From Candidatus Caldarchaeales archaeon (GTDB lineage: Archaea; Thermoproteota; Nitrososphaeria_A; Caldarchaeales; Wolframiiraptoraceae), in NCBI GenBank assembly GCA_039630055.1, contig JBCNVN010000012.1:1-38755 (forward strand): a DNA stretch of 38,755 nt, read 5' to 3'. This document shows, in pieces, positions 18,073 through 27,484 of this stretch (position 1 is the stretch's first letter; each line of letters begins with the position of its first letter). The notes under the pieces were generated by a model. That model saw nothing but the letters and a program-made list of their open reading frames with translations, made no database searches and was not told the DNA's origin. Both the position numbers and the translations under genes were made by a program.

Positions 18073-20325
18073 TTATTTATATATTATATTATCCTCGAAG
18101 AAGATTCTGTAAGGAACGTATCTACTTGTGTGGTAAAGAGCGTATCCTTCTGTCAACCCAGATTTATAGAATTCTCTTGCTTCGATAGATATCTGAGTAG
18201 CAGGTGTAGTCCATCCATCTACAAAATCGAATAGATATAGACTAAATAGAAGCTTCTTCGCATCATCTTCATCTAGATAAGATAATATGTCTTGAATATA
18301 TTTCTTATAATCTGTTAAGGTAACATTGTCTGTTCTAGCATAGTATATTGTGTATACCCATGGAGCGGTCTTTAAGATAACGTAATCGGAAGACTTTATG
18401 AGCTCTACAATTTTTCTCGGCTCACAGATAGCCTCAGAACTCTCCACGAATAATGGTTTATCTATCCTCTTTTTAATCTCATGGATTAGCGGTAGAATAT
18501 GAGATGGATCTTTAGCCTTTTCCCAATGACTCCAACCCATTAGATATACACCATCAAAGCCCATATCTCTCACTATTCTCTCGATCTGATGAGCGAAGTA
18601 CTCTGAGTATGGATATATGTTAGAATCATCGATCTGGATAGTATTATTAAATAAGAGTACCCCTTCCTCTCCTATTACTTCAGGATGATTCTTCACCCAA
18701 TTTATATGATATCCCTGTATACCATAATGAGGTTTAATCTCTTCAATTCTCAAATAGACCCCAAGCAATACTTTTACATTTCTAGAGCGAAGTTCTCTTA
18801 TTAACCAGATTATATCGCTTGTTGTCCATTTATTTGAGCCGGTACGGAATCTAGCATACTCAGTTACATCTCTAGTAAAGTTGAGACCATTATAAGTATT
18901 TACAAAATCTGGAGACCATGATAAGACTACATAGTTTACATCGTAATGTTTTAGATAGGATTCTACACTTGTTTTACTTCTAGGTATAAATGCTGAGTCA
19001 ACGCTTTCCGGAATGCCTATCCGGATATTTGTCGTCGGGACAGACACTCCATGTGGGGATGAGAATAGGGAGAAGGAGAGTAGGAAGGCTAAAATTATTC
19101 CTACCATACCCCACCTACCAGTAATAACCTTGGATTCGACTCTGCTCAAACCGAGAACTTCAAGGGTTAATCTGACGATAAGTATTCCACCCGCTATCGA
19201 GCTGAGGATCAGTGTTATCGCCCCGAAACCATAATCATACGTGTCTGGCGTATAGATTTTGCCAACATATTCTAGGCTATAGTTGTATAATATGGTTGAT
19301 GATGAAATTAGCCATATGACGCCTACCAGCATGATTGATATAAACTTGTATACTATTCTCCGATTCTCAAAGAATCTATCGTATAGTAAGATTAGAGGTA
19401 TGAAGATTAAAGTATACTGTATGTTCACTTTCGGTGAAGTGGCTAGAAAGGTTAAGACAGCTGCTCCACATATCTTGATATATTCATGAACACCATTCTG
19501 AAACCTCTTGTACAGCATAATAATTACTATACCGTATACGGTAAATGGTATAAACCAGAAGATTGAAGGATTGATTATTGCAGATAGTGCGACCCAGTAG
19601 GTGAAAGATCCGACACTCTCAGCATGTTGAAATATGTGATCAAAGTAGTTGATAGGGGTGCTCAAGAATGGTAGAGAAATCAATAAAAAGATGAGTAAAG
19701 GCATCATGAATAGTTTCGTTAAGATGTCTCTCATCCCTATTCTCCTAGACTTTAAAAGATATATTATCGTGGGCGGGATGATTAAGACTGGTAGAAATTT
19801 AATCGATACACCTATCCCTATCAAGACTCCCGCCCTCATATACTTCCCATTAAGTACTGATGATAGTGCGGTCAGCATGAATAGGACTGAGATAGAATCG
19901 AACATTCCCCAGATAGATGAGATAAAGAAAGTGATTGGGTTGAAAAGCCAGATAGATGATATAATTAATGCTTTTCTATCTTCATATCCTAATCTTAAAG
20001 CGATCATGTAAATTACTAACCCTACAAGAATATCTGAGATAATTATTGGGAGCTTTATTAAGAAGACTGTAAGATACAAGTTTTCTAGAAGATTATTGAC
20101 CATTGCCGGGATGATCAGCCAGTATAGCCATGTTGGTGGATATGCATAGAAACCCCAAGGATAGTCAGCAGGATTCTCTAACGTATAGATGTTTATATTT
20201 GATAAAGCTAGTTCACCAGATCTTAGCCAGATATACATATCCCATGGATGACCGAGAAATGGAGATATCAAGAGACGGGGCAAAATTGCTACTAGAAGGA
20301 TCATGATAAATCTATGCTTCATCAA
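18073..20325 (-). CDS. GT-C-fold membrane glycosyltransferase (GT87/DUF2029/PIG-M-like) fused to a C-terminal glycosidase-like TIM barrel
   Basis: Multi-TM N-terminal ~420 aa with GHPWD, YAYPP, FNP..SSIWGMFD, SIKFLP. Soluble C-terminal part with NVKVLLGVY and GFDGVYL. Confidence 0.72.
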   Translation of the reverse strand: MMKHRFIMILLVAILPRLLISPFLGHPWDMYIWLRSGELALSNINIYTLENPADYPWGFYAYPPTWLYWLIIPAMVNNLLENLYLTVFLIKLPIIISDILVGLVIYMIALRLGYEDRKALIISSIWLFNPITFFISSIWGMFDSISVLFMLTALSSVLNGKYMRAGVLIGIGVSIKFLPVLIIPPTIIYLLKSRRIGMRDILTKLFMMPLLIFLLISLPFLSTPINYFDHIFQHAESVGSFTYWVALSAIINPSIFWFIPFTVYGIVIIMLYKRFQNGVHEYIKICGAAVLTFLATSPKVNIQYTLIFIPLILLYDRFFENRRIVYKFISIMLVGVIWLISSSTILYNYSLEYVGKIYTPDTYDYGFGAITLILSSIAGGILIVRLTLEVLGLSRVESKVITGRWGMVGIILAFLLSFSLFSSPHGVSVPTTNIRIGIPESVDSAFIPRSKTSVESYLKHYDVNYVVLSWSPDFVNTYNGLNFTRDVTEYARFRTGSNKWTTSDIIWLIRELRSRNVKVLLGVYLRIEEIKPHYGIQGYHINWVKNHPEVIGEEGVLLFNNTIQIDDSNIYPYSEYFAHQIERIVRDMGFDGVYLMGWSHWEKAKDPSHILPLIHEIKKRIDKPLFVESSEAICEPRKIVELIKSSDYVILKTAPWVYTIYYARTDNVTLTDYKKYIQDILSYLDEDDAKKLLFSLYLFDFVDGWTTPATQISIEAREFYKSGLTEGYALYHTSRYVPYRIFFEDNIIYK

Positions 20326-20390
20326 TTCAAATCTACTATGAAACTAGGTTGAACTTAACTATATATAATCTTTATGAATAGAATAGCTGT

Positions 20391-21272
20391 ATGGATGATC
20401 TACCCCATTATTATCTCAAGAGAAGGACGACACTATTCAATGTTGGAGAAGATTATGAGAGGGCAGAGTATATTGTCTTCGGAGTACCCTTCGACTCGAC
20501 TGTCAGCTTCCTCCCAGGATGTAGGTTCGGGCCACATGCTGTAAGATTATTCTCAGAGAATATAGGTTCGCCGAGTTTAGAGAGAGCATATTCAAAGATA
20601 GCGGATGTAGGAGACCTTATTCCAACAATTGATGTTAAATGGATGTTAAGGAGAACTTTCAGAATCGTCAGAAGGATATCTTCTAGGAATAAGAAGCCAA
20701 TTATAATAGGTGGAGAACATACTTTAACTCTAGCCTCATTGAAAGCTATAGCTAAACACTATGATCCAACTATCATAATATTCGATGCTCATCTCGACCT
20801 ACTAGATGAATATCTAGATTCGAGGATAAATCATGCAACTTGGCTTAGAAGATTTTTAGAGGAGGAGAAGAGAAGAGTTGTAGTGATCGGATGTAGAGAC
20901 TTCTTAGAAGAAGAGATCAGGTATGGAGAAGAGAATCTTGAGATGATAATCTTATCGGATAGTATTAGTAGATCGCTTGATGTAGAGTTGGATAGATTTA
21001 GAGGCCTATTGAAGAATTCTAAGAATGTTTATATCAGTATCGATGTTGACGTGTTGGATGTTGGGAGTAGATTAGGGGTATCCAATCCTTCACCTGGAGG
21101 GATAACATTACATCAGATTGTTGAATTCTTAAAGATGGCTTCCGAAAAGAATGTGGTAGGGATGGATGTTGTCGAGGTCAACCCGTTGATAGATATGGGT
21201 GTCTCAGCATCTTATGCATCCTACCTTATAGCTTACATACTCTCATCACATAAGAGCAATCCTATTCATTGA
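20391..21272 (+). CDS. speB: agmatinase-like ureohydrolase (arginase family)
   Basis: GVPFDST, GGEHT, DAHLD, SIDVDVLD, EVNP motifs. Confidence 0.85.
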   Translation: MDDLPHYYLKRRTTLFNVGEDYERAEYIVFGVPFDSTVSFLPGCRFGPHAVRLFSENIGSPSLERAYSKIADVGDLIPTIDVKWMLRRTFRIVRRISSRNKKPIIIGGEHTLTLASLKAIAKHYDPTIIIFDAHLDLLDEYLDSRINHATWLRRFLEEEKRRVVVIGCRDFLEEEIRYGEENLEMIILSDSISRSLDVELDRFRGLLKNSKNVYISIDVDVLDVGSRLGVSNPSPGGITLHQIVEFLKMASEKNVVGMDVVEVNPLIDMGVSASYASYLIAYILSSHKSNPIH

Positions 21273-21368
21273 TGTTTAAAGCTGTAGATATACATGTAAG
21301 ACCTTTATCAAGAGAGAATAAGATATAGTTTTCTATAAGATTTTAACTCTCTAAGAATCTTGGCAAAA

Positions 21369-21908
21369 TTATCTTAGGATTCCCAAGACCTCTTCTACAA
21401 TTTTGTATGGGATTTTATCTCTATTATGTTCTGTGACTGTTATCAATCTTCCACCTGCAGATCTTTTGACTTCATGGACAAGTGGATGGGATGCTCTATA
21501 ATGTACCGTTACGACCGTTGGAACTTGATGGGATAATACCCTCTTGACAGCAACGATGAATTTATCACTTAAAAGCTCCATTGGACCAACTTCATCGATT
21601 ATTAAGAATTCTGAATTGTCGATGCCTTCTATTATCCCTCTCACCCCGACTTCTTCTAGAACCTTCATGTCTACACCGTATCTCCCAATCCGATGTATAC
21701 TCTTGATATCTACATGGGCCATAATACCTTTCTCTCCAGTAGCGATCCTAGTAACTGTAAAACCTAGACGATCACCGGAAACCTTGATCTCTTCTGTAAA
21801 CATTCCATCAACTTTGACCTTGGCTGATTCTAGTAATTCTTTAATCTTTATAACGGCCGTTGTCTTGCCCGACCTTGGAGGTCCGGTCAAGGCATATAGA
21901 AGCTTCAT
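21369..21908 (-). CDS. THEP1-family nucleoside triphosphatase
   Basis: Walker A GPPRSGKTT, IGRYGVD, IIDEVGPMEL. Confidence 0.92.
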   Translation of the reverse strand: MKLLYALTGPPRSGKTTAVIKIKELLESAKVKVDGMFTEEIKVSGDRLGFTVTRIATGEKGIMAHVDIKSIHRIGRYGVDMKVLEEVGVRGIIEGIDNSEFLIIDEVGPMELLSDKFIVAVKRVLSHQVPTVVTVHYRASHPLVHEVKRSAGGRLITVTEHNRDKIPYKIVEEVLGILR

Positions 21909-22639
21909 GATAGATCACTCGAATATTCTTCTAATGTTGTCTGAGCTACCCTACTAATAGTTTTCCAACTCCATCTAATCAATTCTACAGCCTCACTTCT
22001 AGATGACATTACTTTTCTAATGAACTCTCTAGTCTTATGGTCATGTGGATATCCAGAGCCGAAGTCACCGAATCTTTCCTTAAGCTTCTCAATCTCTCTA
22101 TCTCTATTAATTTTAGCGATTATCGAGGCTGCAGCTGTTACTGGATAATTCTTATCGGCCTTGACTTCTACTATGACCCTACAACGATATCTCACCATCT
22201 TATCAATGATAGATCTAAATGCTTCTACATTTTTTGAGGGTGAATCGATATAAACTATATCCGGTTTAAGATAATCTATTATATCTGCAAATATTCTTGC
22301 TTCGAGATTGTTTATTCCTCTTCCTCCACTCCTTCTTGTCTCAGAGTCCACCTCTCTAGCACTTAGATTTATGACCTTGAGTGCCTTAGCGATCTTTACG
22401 ATCTCCTCGTAGAGTGATTCTCTATCCACTGGTCTAAGTTCTTTAGAATCTCTTACATTGATTTCGGTAAGTTTTTCTATGTCTTCTTCAGATACTGAGA
22501 CCCCTGCTATAACCATCGGACCTATCACAGATCCTCTTCCAGCCTCATCTAAACCAGCTATCAAGTCTAAACATTTAATAGAGAACCCAAATTTTTGTAT
22601 TACGTAAGATGTCAGACTATTAAGATTTATAGCAGACAC
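21905..22639 (-). CDS. rnhB: ribonuclease HII
   Basis: GLDEAGRG, RDSK, KAD..YP..AAASIIAK, GSGYPHD, RWSW and a C-terminal PIP-like QTTLEEY. Start codon uncertain. Confidence 0.96.
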   Translation of the reverse strand: MSAINLNSLTSYVIQKFGFSIKCLDLIAGLDEAGRGSVIGPMVIAGVSVSEEDIEKLTEINVRDSKELRPVDRESLYEEIVKIAKALKVINLSAREVDSETRRSGGRGINNLEARIFADIIDYLKPDIVYIDSPSKNVEAFRSIIDKMVRYRCRVIVEVKADKNYPVTAAASIIAKINRDREIEKLKERFGDFGSGYPHDHKTREFIRKVMSSRSEAVELIRWSWKTISRVAQTTLEEYSSDLS

Positions 22640-22795
22640 AGGGATCTCAGCGTATTTCTAAGAATACTTATACGAATGTTCGAGAATAATAGAGATCACC
22701 TTCTCCAATCGGCAATTTGGAATACAGCATCAGCTTTTTCGCATATATTGATGATTAGGAGAATGATTTATTTTAAGAAGAAAAATGTATACTGT

Positions 22796-22829
22796 AGTTG
22801 ATGATAACAATAAGTTGGTGATAACAATA
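22796..22829. repeat. 17-bp tandem repeat x2 (AGTTGRTGATAACAATA)
   Basis: agttgatgataacaata followed by agttggtgataacaata, one mismatch. Confidence 0.8.
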
Positions 22830-22952
22830 ATATAGTATAGCTCAGATATATCTGTGCAGACAATATCTCTCCCACTTCTCAGAGTATAATATCTTAAAGG
22901 ATCGTAATAGAAAATTCTTATAAATCGGATGTACATGGAAGATATGTAGAAA

Positions 22953-23756
22953 ATGCCGAGACGCATTATTATTAAGTCTAGAGAAGTGGAAGAAGAGAAG
23001 GAGACTCCAAAGATAGAACCTATAAAAGAAGAGAAGGATCAGGATGAGAAGATGGTTAAAACAGTTGAAGAAGATGTATTTTCGATAAAGACTTTAACGA
23101 TAGAAGAAGATAGAGAGATAAGTGAGGCCGAAATAGATGCTGAAACATCTTACGATGCATTAAAGAAGAAGATAGAAGAGATAAAGACTAGAGAGAAGGT
23201 GACGCAGCAAAAGTTTAGAGACCAACCTGATATGAGTATAGCTATACTTAAGAAGATACTTCAGAAATGGGATGCTTTAAGAGAGGAGGTTAGGAGAAAC
23301 ATATCTGAAGAGATTGATAGGTATAGGAGGCTTAGAGCTCTATATGAATCAAAATTCTCAAGGATTGAAGAAGAGTTATACTTTAATCAGATAGAGCTAG
23401 ACACGCTTAGACAGTTGGAGGAGCAAGGTGAGCCTATATCGGTCTCGAAGAAAGAAGAACTGGAGAAGATGATCCCTGAATTAGTAAAAGAATTGACTAA
23501 TACGGATAGTAAGATAAAAGAGATAGATTCAAAGATGGAACATCTTAAGAACATGCTCAACAACATTTATGATGCTACATCGTATAAAGATCTATCGATA
23601 AAATTATTTGATGAGATGGTTAGTATGGTTGAGGGGAGGCTTGGAGATGAAGCCGTACCAAAATTGAGGGCGCAGGTGGATAGTATAGCTCAGCGGGAGG
23701 GTATTCCGAGAGAGTATGCAACTATATATGTATGGAAGAAGTTGAAGAAGGCTTAG
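22953..23756 (+). CDS. hypothetical acidic coiled-coil protein
   Basis: 267-aa ORF, E/K-rich disordered N-terminus, long heptad-like helices, small helical C-terminal domain. Confidence 0.8.
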   Translation: MPRRIIIKSREVEEEKETPKIEPIKEEKDQDEKMVKTVEEDVFSIKTLTIEEDREISEAEIDAETSYDALKKKIEEIKTREKVTQQKFRDQPDMSIAILKKILQKWDALREEVRRNISEEIDRYRRLRALYESKFSRIEEELYFNQIELDTLRQLEEQGEPISVSKKEELEKMIPELVKELTNTDSKIKEIDSKMEHLKNMLNNIYDATSYKDLSIKLFDEMVSMVEGRLGDEAVPKLRAQVDSIAQREGIPREYATIYVWKKLKKA

Positions 23757-23886
23757 AAATATAAAGTAGTGTATAGATAAAACTTCCATGAGCTTGATAG
23801 GGTTTAGCACTAAATACTATAACTTTTGTACTAAGATGTTTGGATGCAAAGAACTCTGTTAAAGGTTGTTTATTATTATAGATTTA

Positions 23887-24288
23887 TCAGAGGGCTGGCC
23901 TGAACTTGTAGCCATACGCTATTATCTTATCTGAATCATCTTCTCTTATCCTTCTAAAAGTTGCCTCAACCTTCATCCCAACCTTAAGCTCTTCAGGATA
24001 ACAGTCCGTCATCTGTCCGAGTATCCTAGTTCCATCATCTAGCTCTATGAAGCCGATTATGTATGGAGACTGTTCTTCAAATCCTGATGGAGGGCTTCTA
24101 ACCACGGTATAGGCTAATAATTTGCCGGTCTCTGGAAGGGTTATTTCACCGAATTCTCTCGATCTACATCTACGGCATACCAAGGGTTTAAAGAAGTGAA
24201 CCTCTCCACAATGAGTACATCTCCAAGCATTAAGCCTATACCTAAAATCTTTATGTCTCCAGTATCTTGGAATCTTTATCCTAAACAT
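23887..24288 (-). CDS. DUF35 Zn-ribbon/OB-fold protein
   Basis: IPRYWR, CTHCG...CRRC, PY..G.IEL, YGYKFRP; downstream of thiolase. Confidence 0.95.
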   Translation of the reverse strand: MFRIKIPRYWRHKDFRYRLNAWRCTHCGEVHFFKPLVCRRCRSREFGEITLPETGKLLAYTVVRSPPSGFEEQSPYIIGFIELDDGTRILGQMTDCYPEELKVGMKVEATFRRIREDDSDKIIAYGYKFRPAL

Positions 24289-24292
24289 CTCT

Positions 24293-25444
24293 TTAAACCT
24301 CTCTTAAAACCGATGTAAAGGCTGTTGAAGCTATCCCTCCTAGAGATTGGGCGAGACCTGCCTTGACAGAGTCTAACTGATTCTTTCCAGCTCTATGAGT
24401 TAGCTGTAGATGTATCTCCGCTATCTGATATAATCCCGTAGCTCCAGCTGGATGGCCTCGTGCCTTCAATCCACCGAAAGTGTTACATGGGATGCTTCCG
24501 GAAAGATTCAACTCTCCCTTCTCTAGAAGTCTCCATCCTCCACCCCTCTCAGCTAATCCTATCGATTCTAGAGAGAGTATGGCCATTATAGATGTTGCAT
24601 CAAATATCTCTAAAGTTCTTATATCTTTTCTATCGAGCCCTGCTCTACTCAATGCTTTATAAGTAGATAGATGAACGGATGGAAACCATAGAGGATCTTC
24701 TCTTTGAAGAGGTGTTAGATAGTCTGTGGCCGACTCTATTATTAGCTCAGTCTTAGGTGAGTCCAATTTTCTAGCAGTTTCTTCATTGACTAGAACGATG
24801 GCTGCGGCACCATCCGCTATGGCCGTAGTCTCAAATCTCCTCAAAGGCTCGGCTACATATGGTGAACTCAAGACTGTTTCAAGCTTTATCCTGAACGGAT
24901 ACTGGGCATGTGGAGCATTTACTGCATGTTCATGGCATAAGACTGGAAAGAGGGCTATCTTCTCTTGATCCACCCCGTACCTATTCATGTAGAGGCTGTA
25001 TAGGAGCGCATTGATCGAGTAGAAGGTTGCACCTATGAAGCCCGTATACTCTTGCCTCTCACCAACCATCATAGCCGCTGAGACTTCTTCAGACATGCCA
25101 TCCGACATCTTATCTACGCCGACTACGAGGACGGCATTAGCTCTAGATGCCTCGATCTCTCTTGCCCCTATATAGGCTGCTGCCGACCCGGATGCAGAGG
25201 CTGCCTCAACACCCATGGCAGGGATACCTGATAGACCGAGTTCTTCAGCTAAAAGTGCTCCTAGATGGCTCTGTTCTTGGAGTATCTGGGATAGCATGCT
25301 TCCAACGTATATTGAGTCTACACTACTTATTCCTGCATCATCTATGGCTTTTAGAGATGCTTCAGTCATGAGGTATTCTAGTGATGCTCTCCAGTGCTCA
25401 TCGACCTTAGTCAACCCTACCCCAGCAACATATACCCTACGCAT
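24293..25444 (-). CDS. acetoacetyl-CoA thiolase family protein with altered catalytic residues
   Basis: Thiolase fold motifs VEAASASG, DGAAA, GGLKARGHPAGATG; lies between HMG-CoA synthase and DUF35. Confidence 0.9.
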   Translation of the reverse strand: MRRVYVAGVGLTKVDEHWRASLEYLMTEASLKAIDDAGISSVDSIYVGSMLSQILQEQSHLGALLAEELGLSGIPAMGVEAASASGSAAAYIGAREIEASRANAVLVVGVDKMSDGMSEEVSAAMMVGERQEYTGFIGATFYSINALLYSLYMNRYGVDQEKIALFPVLCHEHAVNAPHAQYPFRIKLETVLSSPYVAEPLRRFETTAIADGAAAIVLVNEETARKLDSPKTELIIESATDYLTPLQREDPLWFPSVHLSTYKALSRAGLDRKDIRTLEIFDATSIMAILSLESIGLAERGGGWRLLEKGELNLSGSIPCNTFGGLKARGHPAGATGLYQIAEIHLQLTHRAGKNQLDSVKAGLAQSLGGIASTAFTSVLREV

Positions 25445-25456
25445 ATCCCATTCACT

Positions 25457-26503
25457 CTACATTATTATCTTACGTCTATTCCTTGCATAGGTGATATAGT
25501 CTATGTGTACCTTCCTTTCTATAAATCTATCTAGTGTTGGTGCTAAGCCTCTCTTAGACTCTATCCCATCTAGAACCCGGATCATGTATGAGTCGCTCCC
25601 AGCACCTGAGCCGAAGCTGGCCAAGAGGATCCTCTCTCCAGGCTTTGCCTGATCTAGGACTTTAACGAGCCCTAGGAGGCTACATGCTGCATAAGTATTT
25701 CCAATATATCCTGCGACCATTCCTGTCTTTACCTTCTCAAAGTCTATTCCGAGTAGTTTTGCTACTGCGAATGGGAATCTAACATTTGGTTGATGGAAGA
25801 CTACGTAGTCTACATCGTTGAGGCTGTATCCATCGTTGTCGAGAAGAGTTTTAACAGAGTTTACTATATGGTGGAAGTAGGCTGGATCTCCAGTAAACCT
25901 AGCAGTGTGTCTAGGGTAACGTTCATACTCTCTCCTCCAGAAGTCGGGGGTATCTGTAACATAAGATGACCAAGCCTCTATCTCTGCCACCCCATCATTC
26001 TCATCTCTACCTATCACGAATGCTGCCGCACCGCTTGCAGCTGTAAATTCGAGAGCATCTCTAGGTCTTCCTTGAGCGGTATCCGACCCTATAGCTAGAC
26101 CATAATCTATCCTCTTGGACTCGACTAGGCTTGAGATAAATTGGAGAGCCTCTGTACCTGCTTTACATGCAAACTCAAAATCTGCTGCTGTAACTTTTTG
26201 GCTTATCCCTAATGCTTCAGCAACTATGGTGCCACATGGCTTAACTGCATATGGTTTAGACTCTGTGCCGACGTGGACTGCTCCAATCCTGCTTGGAGAT
26301 ACCCTTGCTCTCTTTAAAGCTATCCTTGCAGCTTCTACAGCCATTGTAACCGTATCTTCATCTAATCCTGCAACTGCCTTCTCTTCTACGGGAAGCCCTG
26401 TCCTATCCTCTCCCCATACGCGAGCTATCTCTTCAGCCTTTATCCTATATCTTGGAACATATCCACCATAACCTACAATTACGACGGAGTTCATCTTTAC
26501 CAT
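25457..26503 (-). CDS. hydroxymethylglutaryl-CoA synthase
   Basis: GTESKPYAVKP, FACKAGT, DFWRR, FHQPN, IGNTY, SFGSGAGSD. Confidence 0.97.
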   Translation of the reverse strand: MVKMNSVVIVGYGGYVPRYRIKAEEIARVWGEDRTGLPVEEKAVAGLDEDTVTMAVEAARIALKRARVSPSRIGAVHVGTESKPYAVKPCGTIVAEALGISQKVTAADFEFACKAGTEALQFISSLVESKRIDYGLAIGSDTAQGRPRDALEFTAASGAAAFVIGRDENDGVAEIEAWSSYVTDTPDFWRREYERYPRHTARFTGDPAYFHHIVNSVKTLLDNDGYSLNDVDYVVFHQPNVRFPFAVAKLLGIDFEKVKTGMVAGYIGNTYAACSLLGLVKVLDQAKPGERILLASFGSGAGSDSYMIRVLDGIESKRGLAPTLDRFIERKVHIDYITYARNRRKIIM

Positions 26504-26575
26504 ATAAGTCTCTAGACATTAGCAGATCAACCATGTTATAAGAATTTACTGTGAAAGCATCCGACAGTAAGCGTT

Positions 26576-26613
26576 GAATCTGCTAAAACCATAATAAGTC
26601 TTGTAGCAGATTC
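26576..26613. repeat. 10-bp perfect inverted repeat between hemD and HMG-CoA synthase
   Basis: GAATCTGCTA-N18-TAGCAGATTC. Confidence 0.7.
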
Positions 26614-26673
26614 TTATTCCAAAATCTATATGAATATTTCTAAGAACTTGTTTTAGGAGGTTTAGATATATGG

Positions 26674-27453
26674 TTATAGAGTTGAAGGCTGTGAATTTAA
26701 TAGATTCTTTAAATAGTTTCTCAGATCTGCATAATATTCATCGATTCTACATTTTTGAGGATTATGTGAGATTGGAAACCCTAATCTCTCTGCTTCATCT
26801 GCTATCCTCCTACTGATAGCTGAAAATGAGACATTCTTAAGATGTTGAAGCCGTCCATCCTCTAAAAGTATACGTAATATTTGGAGGGATGTCAAGATTA
26901 CTAGGAATCTTTTCGATGGTTTAGATTTGACAAGCTTAACGATATTATCAACCCTATCAATCAGTTTGTTAATACTATAAAGTTTAAATATATAATTATG
27001 GTTGAAGAAGCTTCTCACAAATTCTTCTAGAGATGGATTTACATGCATTGAACAGTATAATGTTATTGAAGTATTGTTAGGGACTCCTTTAAGAAATTCT
27101 ATCAACCCATTTGAAGAATGCTCCGATGGAACATCAACATTCTCTACACCGAGAGAGTTTAGTAGTGAGGCCGTGCCGGGGCCTATCGCCACCGATCTTA
27201 CTTTTGCCCATCTCCATGCTCTAGGAATTAGTTCTCGAACGATCCTTACAGCGGTTTTACTTGTAAATATACTGAGGTCGATACTAGACTCGGATGAAAA
27301 CTTTTCATAGGCTTCTCCAACCGCTCCATAATCTACCTTAACATCGATTATTGGGATCATCTTGATGTCGACCGATAGATCCTCTATATTAGCCTTGATA
27401 TTTCTCGAAGTCTTTCTTGTCCCTGGAAGTATGACCACTATCTCTCTAACCAT
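26674..27453 (-). CDS. hemD: uroporphyrinogen-III synthase
   Basis: IFTSKTAV, AIGPGTA..L, P..HSSNGL; last gene of the hemBLC operon. Confidence 0.85.
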   Translation of the reverse strand: MVREIVVILPGTRKTSRNIKANIEDLSVDIKMIPIIDVKVDYGAVGEAYEKFSSESSIDLSIFTSKTAVRIVRELIPRAWRWAKVRSVAIGPGTASLLNSLGVENVDVPSEHSSNGLIEFLKGVPNNTSITLYCSMHVNPSLEEFVRSFFNHNYIFKLYSINKLIDRVDNIVKLVKSKPSKRFLVILTSLQILRILLEDGRLQHLKNVSFSAISRRIADEAERLGFPISHNPQKCRIDEYYADLRNYLKNLLNSQPSTL

Positions 27454-27484
27454 TCCGATCTCCTATTCTAGATCGGTATAAGGT

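Noticed and set aside
22595-22966. 68-aa and 78-aa ORFs in the rnhB intergenic region
   Set aside because: Low-complexity AT-derived composition, overlapping real gene starts.
22953-23756. Calling the coiled-coil protein CdvA
   Set aside because: No N-terminal PRC-barrel motif and no cdvB/cdvC linkage.
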